Sequence record: NC_071007.1
Reading direction: 5' to 3' (one strand)
DNA: 64,000 nt
Shown here piece by piece: positions 18,952-28,085 of the stretch. Both the position numbers and the translations under genes were made by a program. The notes below the pieces were generated by a model. The model was given only the letters and a program-made list of their open reading frames with translations. It was not told the origin of the DNA and did no database searches. Position 1 is the first letter of the stretch, and each line of letters opens with the position of its first letter.

Positions 18952-21798
18952 ATGAAAAGTAAAAATGCAGGTCTTCCACGTGGCTTTAAACCAGTAGACC
19001 GAACTGTATTAAAAGGTAGGCTTGAAAATCTAGGTACAATTGAACAAAGCCTCCAGGCAATTATGGTTCGTGATGAACGTCATCGCAGTGAAAGCCAGAT
19101 TGAAGAAAATAGTAAACCTCAGTTTCGTAAAGTAAAGAAACTGTCGGATATCATTGCAAAAAGTATTCAAGCTGCAAATGACCTTCGTTCAGTCACACAC
19201 TTTATTAAACGAGCTCAACATATTTGGTTGACTATGTTGCTCAAACCAAATGGCGAGCAAAAACAACTTCTTCGTTACGACACTGAAAGTTCTGATATTA
19301 AGAACCAAAAACTTCATGAAACATTGCTGCAGATTGTTGAAAACTATGGGACAACAAAATACCCTATAGAAGACCTTCCTGCTCAAATTATTAAAGATAC
19401 GTTATTTGTTACTGGTTCTTATGTCCTAATTAACTTACCACATAGCGCTTTAGATCATTTAATTAACGGGATGGAAGTTTCTGGTTCTGAATCAATAAAC
19501 TCAGAACAGGTCTTTAAAAGAGTTCTTGACGAACAATTTAATGACAATGATCTTGGTAAAGCAAAAAATATTGGGTTCATCAGAAAGAATCCAGTACAAA
19601 ATAAAAATGAAGGTTTTGAATCTCTTTGGAAAACTAATACTGACGGGGGAGAAGAATATTCATTAGTTGATCCAGCATTTAATTGGACGTTTACTGATAA
19701 CCCTAATGTCTTAAAGGTAGGTGAGTTACAACAGAAAATCAGAGCTGATAAATTAATGGCTCGGTCTGGTTTTGAAAACATTGGGACAATGATGACCAAT
19801 ATTTTCAGTAAAACGGAAAAGGGTAAAGGAAATCCCAATTCTAACCATGTTGCGATTCCGGAGCGTTCTGATTTAAATGAAGCGTTAAGTAAACTTTATA
19901 AACATCGTAACTATCGTCATAATGAGTCACTTAGTATTCGACGTAGCAAGTTTTATAAAGGAACAGGAAAAGGGATAGGTATTACGTACCATGCTCCTAG
20001 TGAATCAATTATTCCTGTTCATGCTAATGGTGAAATTGGGAAACCGTTTGGTTATATTGCTTTGGTTGATCCTAAAACAGGCGAGTTTTTAAAATCTGCA
20101 GGGGATGTTAAATTCTATCAAAGTAATAAACAAGCTAGTGGGAATCTTGATACTGGTGCTGGTTACGGTTCATTGAATGAAATGGCTTCCCATATCAAAC
20201 AAATTGCCCAGGGCGGTGATTGTAACTTTGATATGGACTGGATGATTCAACTTGCCTCTTCTACTCTTGAAAAAGAATTTGTGGAATCTTTCTTTAATGG
20301 TGATATGAATAAATCTGTTACCGTTTCTTTGTCAGAAGCAAATAAGAAAATTTTCCTTTCTCGTTCTTTTAGGCAACAGGGTGTTCGCTGTGTGTTCATT
20401 CCTGCTGAATATGTAACGTACATTGCAACTGACTTTAACCATCTTGGTATTGGTCGGTCTTTGGTTGAAGAAGCCAAACTTCATATTACTCGTTTAGCTG
20501 TTTTAGATACCGCTGACGCATTGGCAGCAGTAGAAAACTCTATTTCTAAAACAGAACTTCGTGTAACACTAGAAAAACAAAATACTGATCCACGTCAACT
20601 TATTGCAATGATCCGTGATGAGTATTTTGCCAGTAACCCAACAATGCATGATATCTTAGGGTACGCTAACCTTTCTATTGATGAAGTACTGGATCGATTC
20701 AAAGAACAACAACTTATTGTAAAGGTGGATGCAGGTGATAATAAACACATCATCGCACCTCAGATTGAAGCATCGCAAGCACAACATGAACCTTTAAAAT
20801 CGGTCGATAGAGATGTTAAAGAAGGTCTGTTAAACGCGATCGCCGGTCATTTCATGTTGAAACGTAGTTGGCTGGAAGATACTGGGGAAGGCGTTGACTT
20901 TGCAATAGAAGCATTAGCTGATCAAGAGATACTGAGAAACCAAGCCAGTTCCTATTCTCGTGAATTTAGTAAATTTATTAGTGACTTCTTGAGAAAACAC
21001 ATTCGTTGCAATGAACCTTTAATGATTGAGTTAGTCAATGTTATTCGCGAGAATAAAAAGCTTTATGAAAAACCAGATCGTTATAAGAGTTTAGAAGAAG
21101 CGTTAGATGATGGTGAAAAAGATGGTCAATTAACCGAACAAGAAAAAGTTGAAACCGTTTTTCTTGATTTTATCAATAACCTTTATGTTGAACTCCCTCA
21201 ACTTTCGTTGAATGAAACACTTAATAAGATCGAAAACAAGATTGAGAGCATTGATAAATTAGTTGACCGTTGGATGACAATGGCTGGTGCTGAATTGGTT
21301 AAGAAATACGCTAGTGAATTTAACCTTGAAGGTGAAGAGTTGATGACTCAAATTAAAGGTGTCTTTATGTATGACGCTTTTGAGAGATTTAACTTGCCAG
21401 TACCGTTTGAAACCATTCTTAACGATGGTGATGGTGGTGGTATCCTTTCTATTGTTAATGGTATCAACAACTTGGATGGTAACGTTGCTAAGTTCTTTGA
21501 AGCATTGTTAGGTGGTCAAACTAAAGCAATGAAGATTTGGGATAAGTTGAAAGAAAAGTTTGGAACACCAGAAGGTGAAGAACCTCAAACTGAACAAGTA
21601 GAACCTTCTCAACCATTTATGGATGATGGGTTCTTTGAAGATCAACAACTTCCTCCAACAACGGGTGATTTTGAAGATGATCAACAAGAACCTAATGAAG
21701 AAGTTGTAGAGAGTAAAGAACCGGATACTTCGAAAGAGAAAAAACCTACCGAGGATGATTCTCCCTTTAGTGATATTGAACTTCCTCCCGAGTCATAA
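18952..21798 (+). CDS. Putative portal protein (phiKZ gp129-like), ~948 aa
   Basis: GGGAG SD before ATG 18952; size and position; segments IIPVHANGEIGKPFGYIALVD and CVFIPAEYVTYIA; G-x-E-S sites (GSES, GFES) and an acidic C-tail as expected for a processed head protein. Confidence 0.7.
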   Translation: MKSKNAGLPRGFKPVDRTVLKGRLENLGTIEQSLQAIMVRDERHRSESQIEENSKPQFRKVKKLSDIIAKSIQAANDLRSVTHFIKRAQHIWLTMLLKPNGEQKQLLRYDTESSDIKNQKLHETLLQIVENYGTTKYPIEDLPAQIIKDTLFVTGSYVLINLPHSALDHLINGMEVSGSESINSEQVFKRVLDEQFNDNDLGKAKNIGFIRKNPVQNKNEGFESLWKTNTDGGEEYSLVDPAFNWTFTDNPNVLKVGELQQKIRADKLMARSGFENIGTMMTNIFSKTEKGKGNPNSNHVAIPERSDLNEALSKLYKHRNYRHNESLSIRRSKFYKGTGKGIGITYHAPSESIIPVHANGEIGKPFGYIALVDPKTGEFLKSAGDVKFYQSNKQASGNLDTGAGYGSLNEMASHIKQIAQGGDCNFDMDWMIQLASSTLEKEFVESFFNGDMNKSVTVSLSEANKKIFLSRSFRQQGVRCVFIPAEYVTYIATDFNHLGIGRSLVEEAKLHITRLAVLDTADALAAVENSISKTELRVTLEKQNTDPRQLIAMIRDEYFASNPTMHDILGYANLSIDEVLDRFKEQQLIVKVDAGDNKHIIAPQIEASQAQHEPLKSVDRDVKEGLLNAIAGHFMLKRSWLEDTGEGVDFAIEALADQEILRNQASSYSREFSKFISDFLRKHIRCNEPLMIELVNVIRENKKLYEKPDRYKSLEEALDDGEKDGQLTEQEKVETVFLDFINNLYVELPQLSLNETLNKIENKIESIDKLVDRWMTMAGAELVKKYASEFNLEGEELMTQIKGVFMYDAFERFNLPVPFETILNDGDGGGILSIVNGINNLDGNVAKFFEALLGGQTKAMKIWDKLKEKFGTPEGEEPQTEQVEPSQPFMDDGFFEDQQLPPTTGDFEDDQQEPNEEVVESKEPDTSKEKKPTEDDSPFSDIELPPES

Positions 21799-21818
21799 AA
21801 AAAAAATAAGATAAGTTT

Positions 21819-21854
21819 AAAGTACCTCTCACCCAAATGGGTGAGAGGTACTTT
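21819..21854. terminator. Bidirectional terminator-like hairpin (16-bp stem)
   Basis: AAAGTACCTCTCACCC-AAAT-GGGTGAGAGGTACTTT between convergent genes, A/T tracts on both sides. Confidence 0.8.
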
Positions 21855-21858
21855 TTCA

Positions 21859-22386
21859 TTATGCCAGTACGGAGTCCAGATCGGAACCTTGTTGTTCTAC
21901 CAGATCCAGCACGTCCATGTCATCAGTTTCACCTGATTCCATGATTTTGTTGATCCGCTGAATAGCGGAATCACCAATGCTCTTAACCAGAGCACCGGCC
22001 AGGATACCGACGCAGAAGGATTGAGTACCTTCCAGGGTAGCCATACCAATTGACGGTTTAGCGACGTAACCGGCACCGGCACCGGCAGCGATCGCCAGAC
22101 CGTTGGTGATGGAGTTCCCGATGGTGAAGTCTTCAACCAGCGCTACGGGCAGGATTGCAAGGGTAGCACCAGCTGCACCGATGAGGGCGGCTTTGCCTTT
22201 GCTCATACCCAGGGTTTCATCCAGGTGCTTTTGAGCTTCTTTGGCGGCCTTGACCAGATCTTGATGCAGTTGTTTGTTTTTGGCTTCCAGGTTTCCCAGG
22301 GCATTTTCTACGATATTTTGTTGCTCAACGCCAGGAGCAGCGGTGGTTTGATCTTTGGCGGTGGTGGTTTCGTTGATGGTTTTCAT
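21859..22386 (-). CDS. Hypothetical glycine-zipper membrane protein (175 aa), probably early and highly expressed
   Basis: AGAGG SD; three Gly/Ala-rich hydrophobic stretches; visibly GC-richer than neighbours with CTG/GGT/ACC codons; TATATTAC motif upstream. Confidence 0.7.
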   Translation of the reverse strand: MKTINETTTAKDQTTAAPGVEQQNIVENALGNLEAKNKQLHQDLVKAAKEAQKHLDETLGMSKGKAALIGAAGATLAILPVALVEDFTIGNSITNGLAIAAGAGAGYVAKPSIGMATLEGTQSFCVGILAGALVKSIGDSAIQRINKIMESGETDDMDVLDLVEQQGSDLDSVLA

Positions 22387-22463
22387 AGTGAACCTCTAAA
22401 TTTTATAAGTGAAAGTATCCAAATGGATTATGGTAATAAACATTGTTGTTGTTTATCACTTTA

Positions 22464-22481
22464 GTAATATAGGTTTGAAAG
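22464..22481 (-). promoter_or_regulatory. phiKZ-type early (virion RNAP) promoter motif TATATTAC
   Basis: Minus strand CTTTCAAACC-TATATTAC-TAAAGTG, an exact match to the published phiKZ early promoter core TATATTAC, ~78 nt upstream of ATG 22386. Confidence 0.7.
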
Positions 22482-22511
22482 TTTTATCATATTAAAATAA
22501 ACAAAAAAATA

Positions 22512-22537
22512 GCTAACTCTGGAAATCCAGAGTTAGC
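22512..22537 (-). terminator. Intrinsic terminator hairpin
   Basis: GCTAACTCTGG-(AAAT)-CCAGAGTTAGC, followed on the minus strand by UAUUUUUUUG. Confidence 0.75.
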
Positions 22538-22582
22538 CAAACGTTCACCTTCACCATTAATACTTTCACTTTCACTACTTTA

Positions 22583-22600
22583 ATAATGTATATTTAAAAA
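22583..22600 (-). promoter_or_regulatory. Degenerate early-promoter-like motif
   Basis: TTTTTAAATA-TACATTAT-TAAAGT aligns with the 22464 motif, including the downstream TAAAGT. Confidence 0.45.
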
Positions 22601-22619
22601 TATATAGGACATAAATAAT

Positions 22620-22651
22620 ACCCTGCCCTAACCAAATGGTTAGGGCAGGGT
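22620..22651 (-). terminator. Hairpin after the 816-aa gene (14-bp stem)
   Basis: ACCCTGCCCTAACC-AAAT-GGTTAGGGCAGGGT, starting 10 nt past the stop at 22661. Confidence 0.75.
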
Positions 22652-22660
22652 TATCATTAA

Positions 22661-25111
22661 TTAACTGAGATCAATAGGGATGGTCCGAAGTAATCCATCA
22701 TAGCGATTGATGGCACGAAGTTTAATAACAGCTTTGTCAAAATCGCTAAAAGAGACTGCTCGGATTGCTCCACCTTCTGGATACTTAAACTTGATCAAGA
22801 TATTAGGTTTAGTTTTGAAATGTTTAGCGCCATACTTGTACGCTTGTTCAACAATTCCAAACAACTTAGGTTCTTGTGATTGTTTAATTGTCACGATGCC
22901 ATCGTCGACCGGTCCTGCAAAATGATTGACAGATATCAACATGGCATCATTAACCCAAAGCAGATTTGTTTCAGCTTGTTTGGTAGCCAAAATTTCTTCT
23001 ACTTGATCACCGTTTGCTTTCTTAACAAAATGTGCAACAACTTCTTCTTTAGGTGCAAAGATTTGGAAATTATTCAAGAAGAACTCATTCTTTTGAAGTT
23101 GCTGGAATTGTGCTGCTGTTTCAGGATCTTTCTTTGCAAGCATTTCATAAAGATCATCAGCATCATTAAGGATATCAGTAACGTGGATAAACCCAGTATT
23201 ACCTTTACGTTTTTCTGGATAACCACGACATTCAACTAACCAACGGTTTACTACGTTGCTGAGGTGCTCTGTAACAAGTTGTGTGAACTCGTTGTTATCA
23301 ACCCTAGTCAATGCCCTAGAAACAGCATAGAAGTAATCTGTAGTCTTTCTGTGATCGATTTGAACACCACGGACAAACATGAAGATTTCTTTATAAAGAC
23401 GATCAATTTCATCCATAGAAGAAAATGTGAAAGTCCCTATCATTTTAACTGGAATAATAAATGCATCCAGTTTATTTTTAGGATCAAAAGTTTTAACAGC
23501 AGCATCCAGTTTACCAATAATCTCCCCGTCATTTTCAGATGTCACCACTGATTTCGCTACCAGGATTTGGGGTTCAACATCTTGAGGAGCCATGGGATCA
23601 ATAGGGGTAAATTTACCTTGATCATCAAAACGTTCTGTTGTTTCTTGAACTTTTGGAGTCCATGAGGTTTTAATATCACCATCTTCCAAAAACATATAAG
23701 GAAGAATTTTCTCAGGATCAGTTAAGAATTTTTCCATTGTATCTTCCAGGTTATTACTGGCCATATTAACTTTGACCAGATTTACTTTCAGACAGTTACT
23801 GTTAGAGATAAATTGAATAACTGGAATCAAATTACTGCTATTACCAGTAAATGCTTCAATTCCGAGTTTAACATTTCGACCTTCTTGATAGAAATGCTTA
23901 CCAATATTTACGGTGTCTTTCAAAGAACCAATCAACCAAGGAGTTCCTGGAATTTCTTTGAAATAATCCGTCATGTTAAATTTATCTTTAACTGCCAGAG
24001 TAAAGTGTTCAGAGGGAATTGCTTTATAATCATAACTGTTTAGGGAAACAGTATTATCATGCCATTGACTGGCAATTTCTTCTGGTGATGGTTGAACTTG
24101 GTATGCTTTAACTTGGTTTTGCATCCATTGCTCATTTTCCCTCATCATTTTTGCTTTGAACTCTGGGGTAATGGGTACACCATTATTATCAAATTCCAAT
24201 TGGTTTCCAAACATAGCAACCTCGGCAGTGTTAGGTAGGAAATCGGTAGGTTCATGAATTCCTGAAGTAGTCATCAGGGTATCGAGTAAAGCGTTATTAA
24301 TTTGTTTACCTTGCAGCAGCTCTTTTACACGTCCTACTTTCCACGGGTTTTCAGAGTTAGCTGCTTCATAGCGACCAACAAAGAAAAGGTGATTATCTTC
24401 AGCTTTTTGCATCAAGTTTTTCAATGCAGGTGAGATGATTGTCATTTGGATTGCGCGGTCAGGGTGATTATAAACCCAGTCAATTAATGTTTGGACGGCA
24501 CAATACATTGCCGCATCCATTACATAACTTCTGACTTCATCACCATTATTACTTGGTTCACGACCAGCAATAATGTTCCTAGTGACTTCACCAATCACTT
24601 GCAAAATAACACTTGCTAAAATCCGCTGATAAATAATAGCGGTACTTTGAATTTCATTAAATACTGTTTCACCAATTGGATCGATTAGATGTGTTTCTCT
24701 GTTATTAGGGTGAACAATACATTTTAAACCAGCAAGAAAGCTTGAATAAAATCCATGTTTTTCATTACGCAGTTGTATTGCACGCATAACAAGCGTGCCA
24801 ATTTCTACTGCTTGTTGAAATGCTTGAGCTCTAATGAACTTTTCATTTTCAACATCATTGGCCATTTCCCCCCAAGTACCAGAAAGACCACTACTACCCT
24901 TTTCATAACTGAATCCTAAAGAAACTGTCTGGCCGGTTGGAACTTTAGCTCCTGCGACAGCATTCAGGTTTCCAATAAACTGCTGAAAATTATTTTGTAA
25001 TTGCTGTTGCTGTTGTCCAGGGATTTGTGTTCCTGGTTGTTGCATTCCCATCCCCATTCCCATACCTTGCATCATGGGACGGTTACCGGTGATCACACGA
25101 CCATTATTCAT
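22661..25111 (-). CDS. Conserved hypothetical protein (816 aa) with M/G/Q low-complexity N-terminus
   Basis: Long ORF with GGAG SD, downstream of the nvRNAP subunit gene; function not recognised. Confidence 0.7.
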   Translation of the reverse strand: MNNGRVITGNRPMMQGMGMGMGMQQPGTQIPGQQQQQLQNNFQQFIGNLNAVAGAKVPTGQTVSLGFSYEKGSSGLSGTWGEMANDVENEKFIRAQAFQQAVEIGTLVMRAIQLRNEKHGFYSSFLAGLKCIVHPNNRETHLIDPIGETVFNEIQSTAIIYQRILASVILQVIGEVTRNIIAGREPSNNGDEVRSYVMDAAMYCAVQTLIDWVYNHPDRAIQMTIISPALKNLMQKAEDNHLFFVGRYEAANSENPWKVGRVKELLQGKQINNALLDTLMTTSGIHEPTDFLPNTAEVAMFGNQLEFDNNGVPITPEFKAKMMRENEQWMQNQVKAYQVQPSPEEIASQWHDNTVSLNSYDYKAIPSEHFTLAVKDKFNMTDYFKEIPGTPWLIGSLKDTVNIGKHFYQEGRNVKLGIEAFTGNSSNLIPVIQFISNSNCLKVNLVKVNMASNNLEDTMEKFLTDPEKILPYMFLEDGDIKTSWTPKVQETTERFDDQGKFTPIDPMAPQDVEPQILVAKSVVTSENDGEIIGKLDAAVKTFDPKNKLDAFIIPVKMIGTFTFSSMDEIDRLYKEIFMFVRGVQIDHRKTTDYFYAVSRALTRVDNNEFTQLVTEHLSNVVNRWLVECRGYPEKRKGNTGFIHVTDILNDADDLYEMLAKKDPETAAQFQQLQKNEFFLNNFQIFAPKEEVVAHFVKKANGDQVEEILATKQAETNLLWVNDAMLISVNHFAGPVDDGIVTIKQSQEPKLFGIVEQAYKYGAKHFKTKPNILIKFKYPEGGAIRAVSFSDFDKAVIKLRAINRYDGLLRTIPIDLS

Positions 25112-25134
25112 TGACAGCTCCTAAATAAATTCGG

Positions 25135-26832
25135 TTATTCTTTAACTCGTAACCGTTTTTGTGTTTCACTGTACAATTGCCTATCTTCAGGGCGAAGAGA
25201 TGTATACTTTCCTTGTATCAAGTGCACTCGTGGGAGCAGCATACCTCGACAATCAGGAGCAGGTTTTGAGGCATATTGGTAGCTACACACAAATGGTTGA
25301 GATGCATGGATTTTTGATCCAGGGTGAGACGGATCAAACTCTTCTTTCTTTCCACCAGGTCCTTTACTAATTGCAGACCTAGTTTGGAGTATAACCCCAA
25401 GACCATAATCGATAAACGGATTATCCGTACCGGTTTGTTCCATAATAACGTTATTGTCGCGTGTTGATCTATCAATATTGAACAATCTAAAATGCGCGTC
25501 AATCTCACGGTTCAAGGTCTTTGGCGTAATCAAGGTTTTATTCTTAATTTTGAATTTAAAATCGTTCGCCATTTTGATAATGGTGTCCATCATAAATTCC
25601 ATGCTACTAATTTCTTTATGTAGCATATCCGCCGGGTCATACAGTTTAATCAAGTTACTGTAGTTTACCATCAGGTGATTAAGAAGATCATACGTATTCT
25701 TAACTTCAAGATCAAATTTGTTATATTTGTCAATGGTTAAGTCATCGGCATATTCCTCTACGGATGCAAAATGCTCGTGCATCTGTCTGAGATAAACATC
25801 AGGGGAACTTTTAGCAGGTAATCGAATACTACAATGTCCAATAATCAAACGCCAGTAATCAGTATTATCTAACATACCAATATCAAGACGATGACTGAAA
25901 ACACCAAACATATACAGCAGACCACCTACATACTGAATTGCCAAGTTATTAATACGTCCATCGTTTTTCAATGACCGGATAGCAATTGCAGGGTCTTCTT
26001 CAATTGGAAGTCCTTTGGGACGATCAAATGCCTTAGGGTGTATTCCACCTGTGTTAGCATAAATTTCCCAACCGTCAGATTCTTTACAGATATCCAACAA
26101 GGTATCCAAGGTATCAATTTTGTATTCACATTCACCAAATTCTTTCATGGCTTGTGTGAAACCATATTTACCAAAAAGATACCAAGCCAACAAAGGAATG
26201 GGAACTTTGGTATTTTTAATTTGACGATCGCCTTTAGGGCTATAAAAACGGTTTGCGGGCAAAGACAAGTTTGTAGTATTAGTAACAACGTTTTCTCCAA
26301 CACGATAAACTTTATTAATGGTGTGGAGTTCTTTTGTTACTTTAAATTTGTATCCCGTTACTCGTACAAATATTGTTTTGTCTTTACTGCCGTCAACCGA
26401 AGGGCCACGTTCTGATAATACATATTGCGCATTGTATAAACTTCCCCGTACAAAAATATCACCGTGTTTATTACTGAAAGCCAAAAACATCAAAGGTTGT
26501 TTGATGTCATGAATAATACCGGTTTTATGGTCTTTAAAATGATGTTTAATTCTAACACCGTAAAAAGAGTTTTTGGAGATTTCAAACTCTTTTGTTCCAG
26601 TCCCAGTTCCTTGGCCTGGTTTGGTGATTGAATTGTAAAACTCTATTGGATCGACTTTTTCAATTCCTTCAAAGTAATATCCTTTTTCTTCAAGTGAACG
26701 AAACATATTTCTAAACGAATTCTCAAGGTAAGGAATAGCGCGTTTTAGGTCTTTCATGTGAAAACCTTCAACCAGCTCCTTTGTAAAACCACCTTGTTCT
26801 TTGGCCACTAACTTTAACAGCTGCGGATCCAT
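25135..26832 (-). CDS. Non-virion multisubunit RNA polymerase, beta-like N-terminal subunit (phiKZ gp123-like), 565 aa
   Basis: GGAGG SD; size; segment DIFVRGSLYNAQYVLSERG; position two genes downstream of the major capsid gene as in phiKZ-like genomes. Confidence 0.75.
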   Translation of the reverse strand: MDPQLLKLVAKEQGGFTKELVEGFHMKDLKRAIPYLENSFRNMFRSLEEKGYYFEGIEKVDPIEFYNSITKPGQGTGTGTKEFEISKNSFYGVRIKHHFKDHKTGIIHDIKQPLMFLAFSNKHGDIFVRGSLYNAQYVLSERGPSVDGSKDKTIFVRVTGYKFKVTKELHTINKVYRVGENVVTNTTNLSLPANRFYSPKGDRQIKNTKVPIPLLAWYLFGKYGFTQAMKEFGECEYKIDTLDTLLDICKESDGWEIYANTGGIHPKAFDRPKGLPIEEDPAIAIRSLKNDGRINNLAIQYVGGLLYMFGVFSHRLDIGMLDNTDYWRLIIGHCSIRLPAKSSPDVYLRQMHEHFASVEEYADDLTIDKYNKFDLEVKNTYDLLNHLMVNYSNLIKLYDPADMLHKEISSMEFMMDTIIKMANDFKFKIKNKTLITPKTLNREIDAHFRLFNIDRSTRDNNVIMEQTGTDNPFIDYGLGVILQTRSAISKGPGGKKEEFDPSHPGSKIHASQPFVCSYQYASKPAPDCRGMLLPRVHLIQGKYTSLRPEDRQLYSETQKRLRVKE

Positions 26833-26857
26833 TATCCCTCCTTCGTTTTTTATATGG

Positions 26858-27922
26858 CTAAATAAATACCCTTATTAATCCCATTATCGATCCTTTTAAT
26901 TCTGCCCCAAATATTGCAAAGGCAAATTTCAAGTAGTCGAGTATAAAATTACCAGTCTTGTTAGATTTAAAAAGTTTAGTTTCTGCGTTCATTTCTTTTA
27001 CTTCTCGTTGTAGATTCTCAAACTCTTTAATTTTCTTATCTAACTCTTTCTTAAGATTAGCATTTTCTTTACGTTTCAATTCCAATTTAGATTGGAGATC
27101 TTCGTAAGCTTTACTTGACTTTCCAATTTCTGCATCACGCATTTCAAAGAAAATGCCATGTTCTTTGAGTTTCTTTTCGTAGTCAGGATCTTCAAAACTA
27201 ATATGGACGGTGTGACCAGCCTTATTGCCAGTGACAGTTGCATCTATATAGATGCCATCCTTCAGAGATGAAGAACGGATAACAGGAATTTGAAATGCCT
27301 GTCCAAGCATATGTGTCCAAAGACCATATGTCCTTCCTAGTTTATCTACGATTAGAATCTTTGCAGTGAGAAACTTTTCTTCTTCAGAGTTAAGGACCAG
27401 CATACCTTGGTCATCGCCTAAACGACTAGGATCCATGGCAGCCAGTGCTTCGCGAGGCCAAAACCCCTCTCTGCGAATACATCTCAACAAATCTTCATAA
27501 CGAGCAACAATAATACCTAAAGCATGATTGACATAACAATCACCAGGCTCAGGTGGATAAAAGTACGCATGTAATGCATTCTGATCACCAACACCATCAA
27601 CATAATACTGATTATATTCTCTTTGGAATTTCTCAATACCATGTTTGAATTGATCATAAATGAAATCACCATCGGTATCCAACGACGTTTTCTTTATTTC
27701 CATTCCGGCACCATGCGCCGCCATCCAAGCCCTAGTAATTTTTACTTTACCTTGGTCTTGTGGGTTAAACTTACTCCGCTCTGGAGGAAGCATGGAAATA
27801 ATACCGGTTTTATCAGCACACCACAATGCAATGTCTGTACCGTTACTTACTGCCGTTGTGAAACCATAATGCGAGCGTTCTAGTATCCCATAGCCTGTGT
27901 CATAACACAGTTTAACACCCAC
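26858..27922 (-). CDS. Conserved hypothetical protein (354 aa) with C-terminal coiled coil and hydrophobic tail
   Basis: GTG start with GAGGG SD; K/E heptad region ~aa 275-320; hydrophobic C-terminus FILDYLKFAFAIFGAELKGSIMGLIRVFI. Confidence 0.65.
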   Translation of the reverse strand: MGVKLCYDTGYGILERSHYGFTTAVSNGTDIALWCADKTGIISMLPPERSKFNPQDQGKVKITRAWMAAHGAGMEIKKTSLDTDGDFIYDQFKHGIEKFQREYNQYYVDGVGDQNALHAYFYPPEPGDCYVNHALGIIVARYEDLLRCIRREGFWPREALAAMDPSRLGDDQGMLVLNSEEEKFLTAKILIVDKLGRTYGLWTHMLGQAFQIPVIRSSSLKDGIYIDATVTGNKAGHTVHISFEDPDYEKKLKEHGIFFEMRDAEIGKSSKAYEDLQSKLELKRKENANLKKELDKKIKEFENLQREVKEMNAETKLFKSNKTGNFILDYLKFAFAIFGAELKGSIMGLIRVFI

Positions 27923-27942
27923 AGGAATAACCCTCTGTTTTA

Positions 27943-27954
27943 TTAGTCTTTCAT
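27943..27954 (-). other. Three-codon upstream minigene (M-K-D-stop) with strong SD
   Basis: Minus strand TAAGGAGAG-TTCTTTA-ATG AAA GAC TAA TAA, ending 21 nt before the GTG of the 354-aa gene. Confidence 0.45.
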
Positions 27955-27983
27955 TAAAGAACTCTCCTTAATGTTACAAAAAG

Positions 27984-28001
27984 ATAATATCTGCTTAAAA
28001 A
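27984..28001 (-). promoter_or_regulatory. Early-promoter-like motif upstream of the nvRNAP subunit operon
   Basis: TTTTTAAGCA-GATATTAT aligns with the 22464 motif and lies just downstream of the capsid terminator. Confidence 0.45.
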
Positions 28002-28026
28002 CTTATAGAAGAACAAAAATAAAATA

Positions 28027-28056
28027 CCTAGAGACTCCCGTTAAGGAGTCTCTAGG
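28027..28056 (-). terminator. Major capsid gene terminator
   Basis: CCTAGAGACTCC-(6 nt)-GGAGTCTCTAGG followed on the minus strand by UAUUUUAUUUUU. Confidence 0.8.
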
Positions 28057-28085
28057 ATTTATTTAATTATAGTGTAAACTATAAA

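Noticed and set aside
21796-21807. Poly-A run after the portal stop as a phase-variation tract
   Set aside because: It lies outside coding sequence and fits the A-tract flank of a bidirectional terminator.
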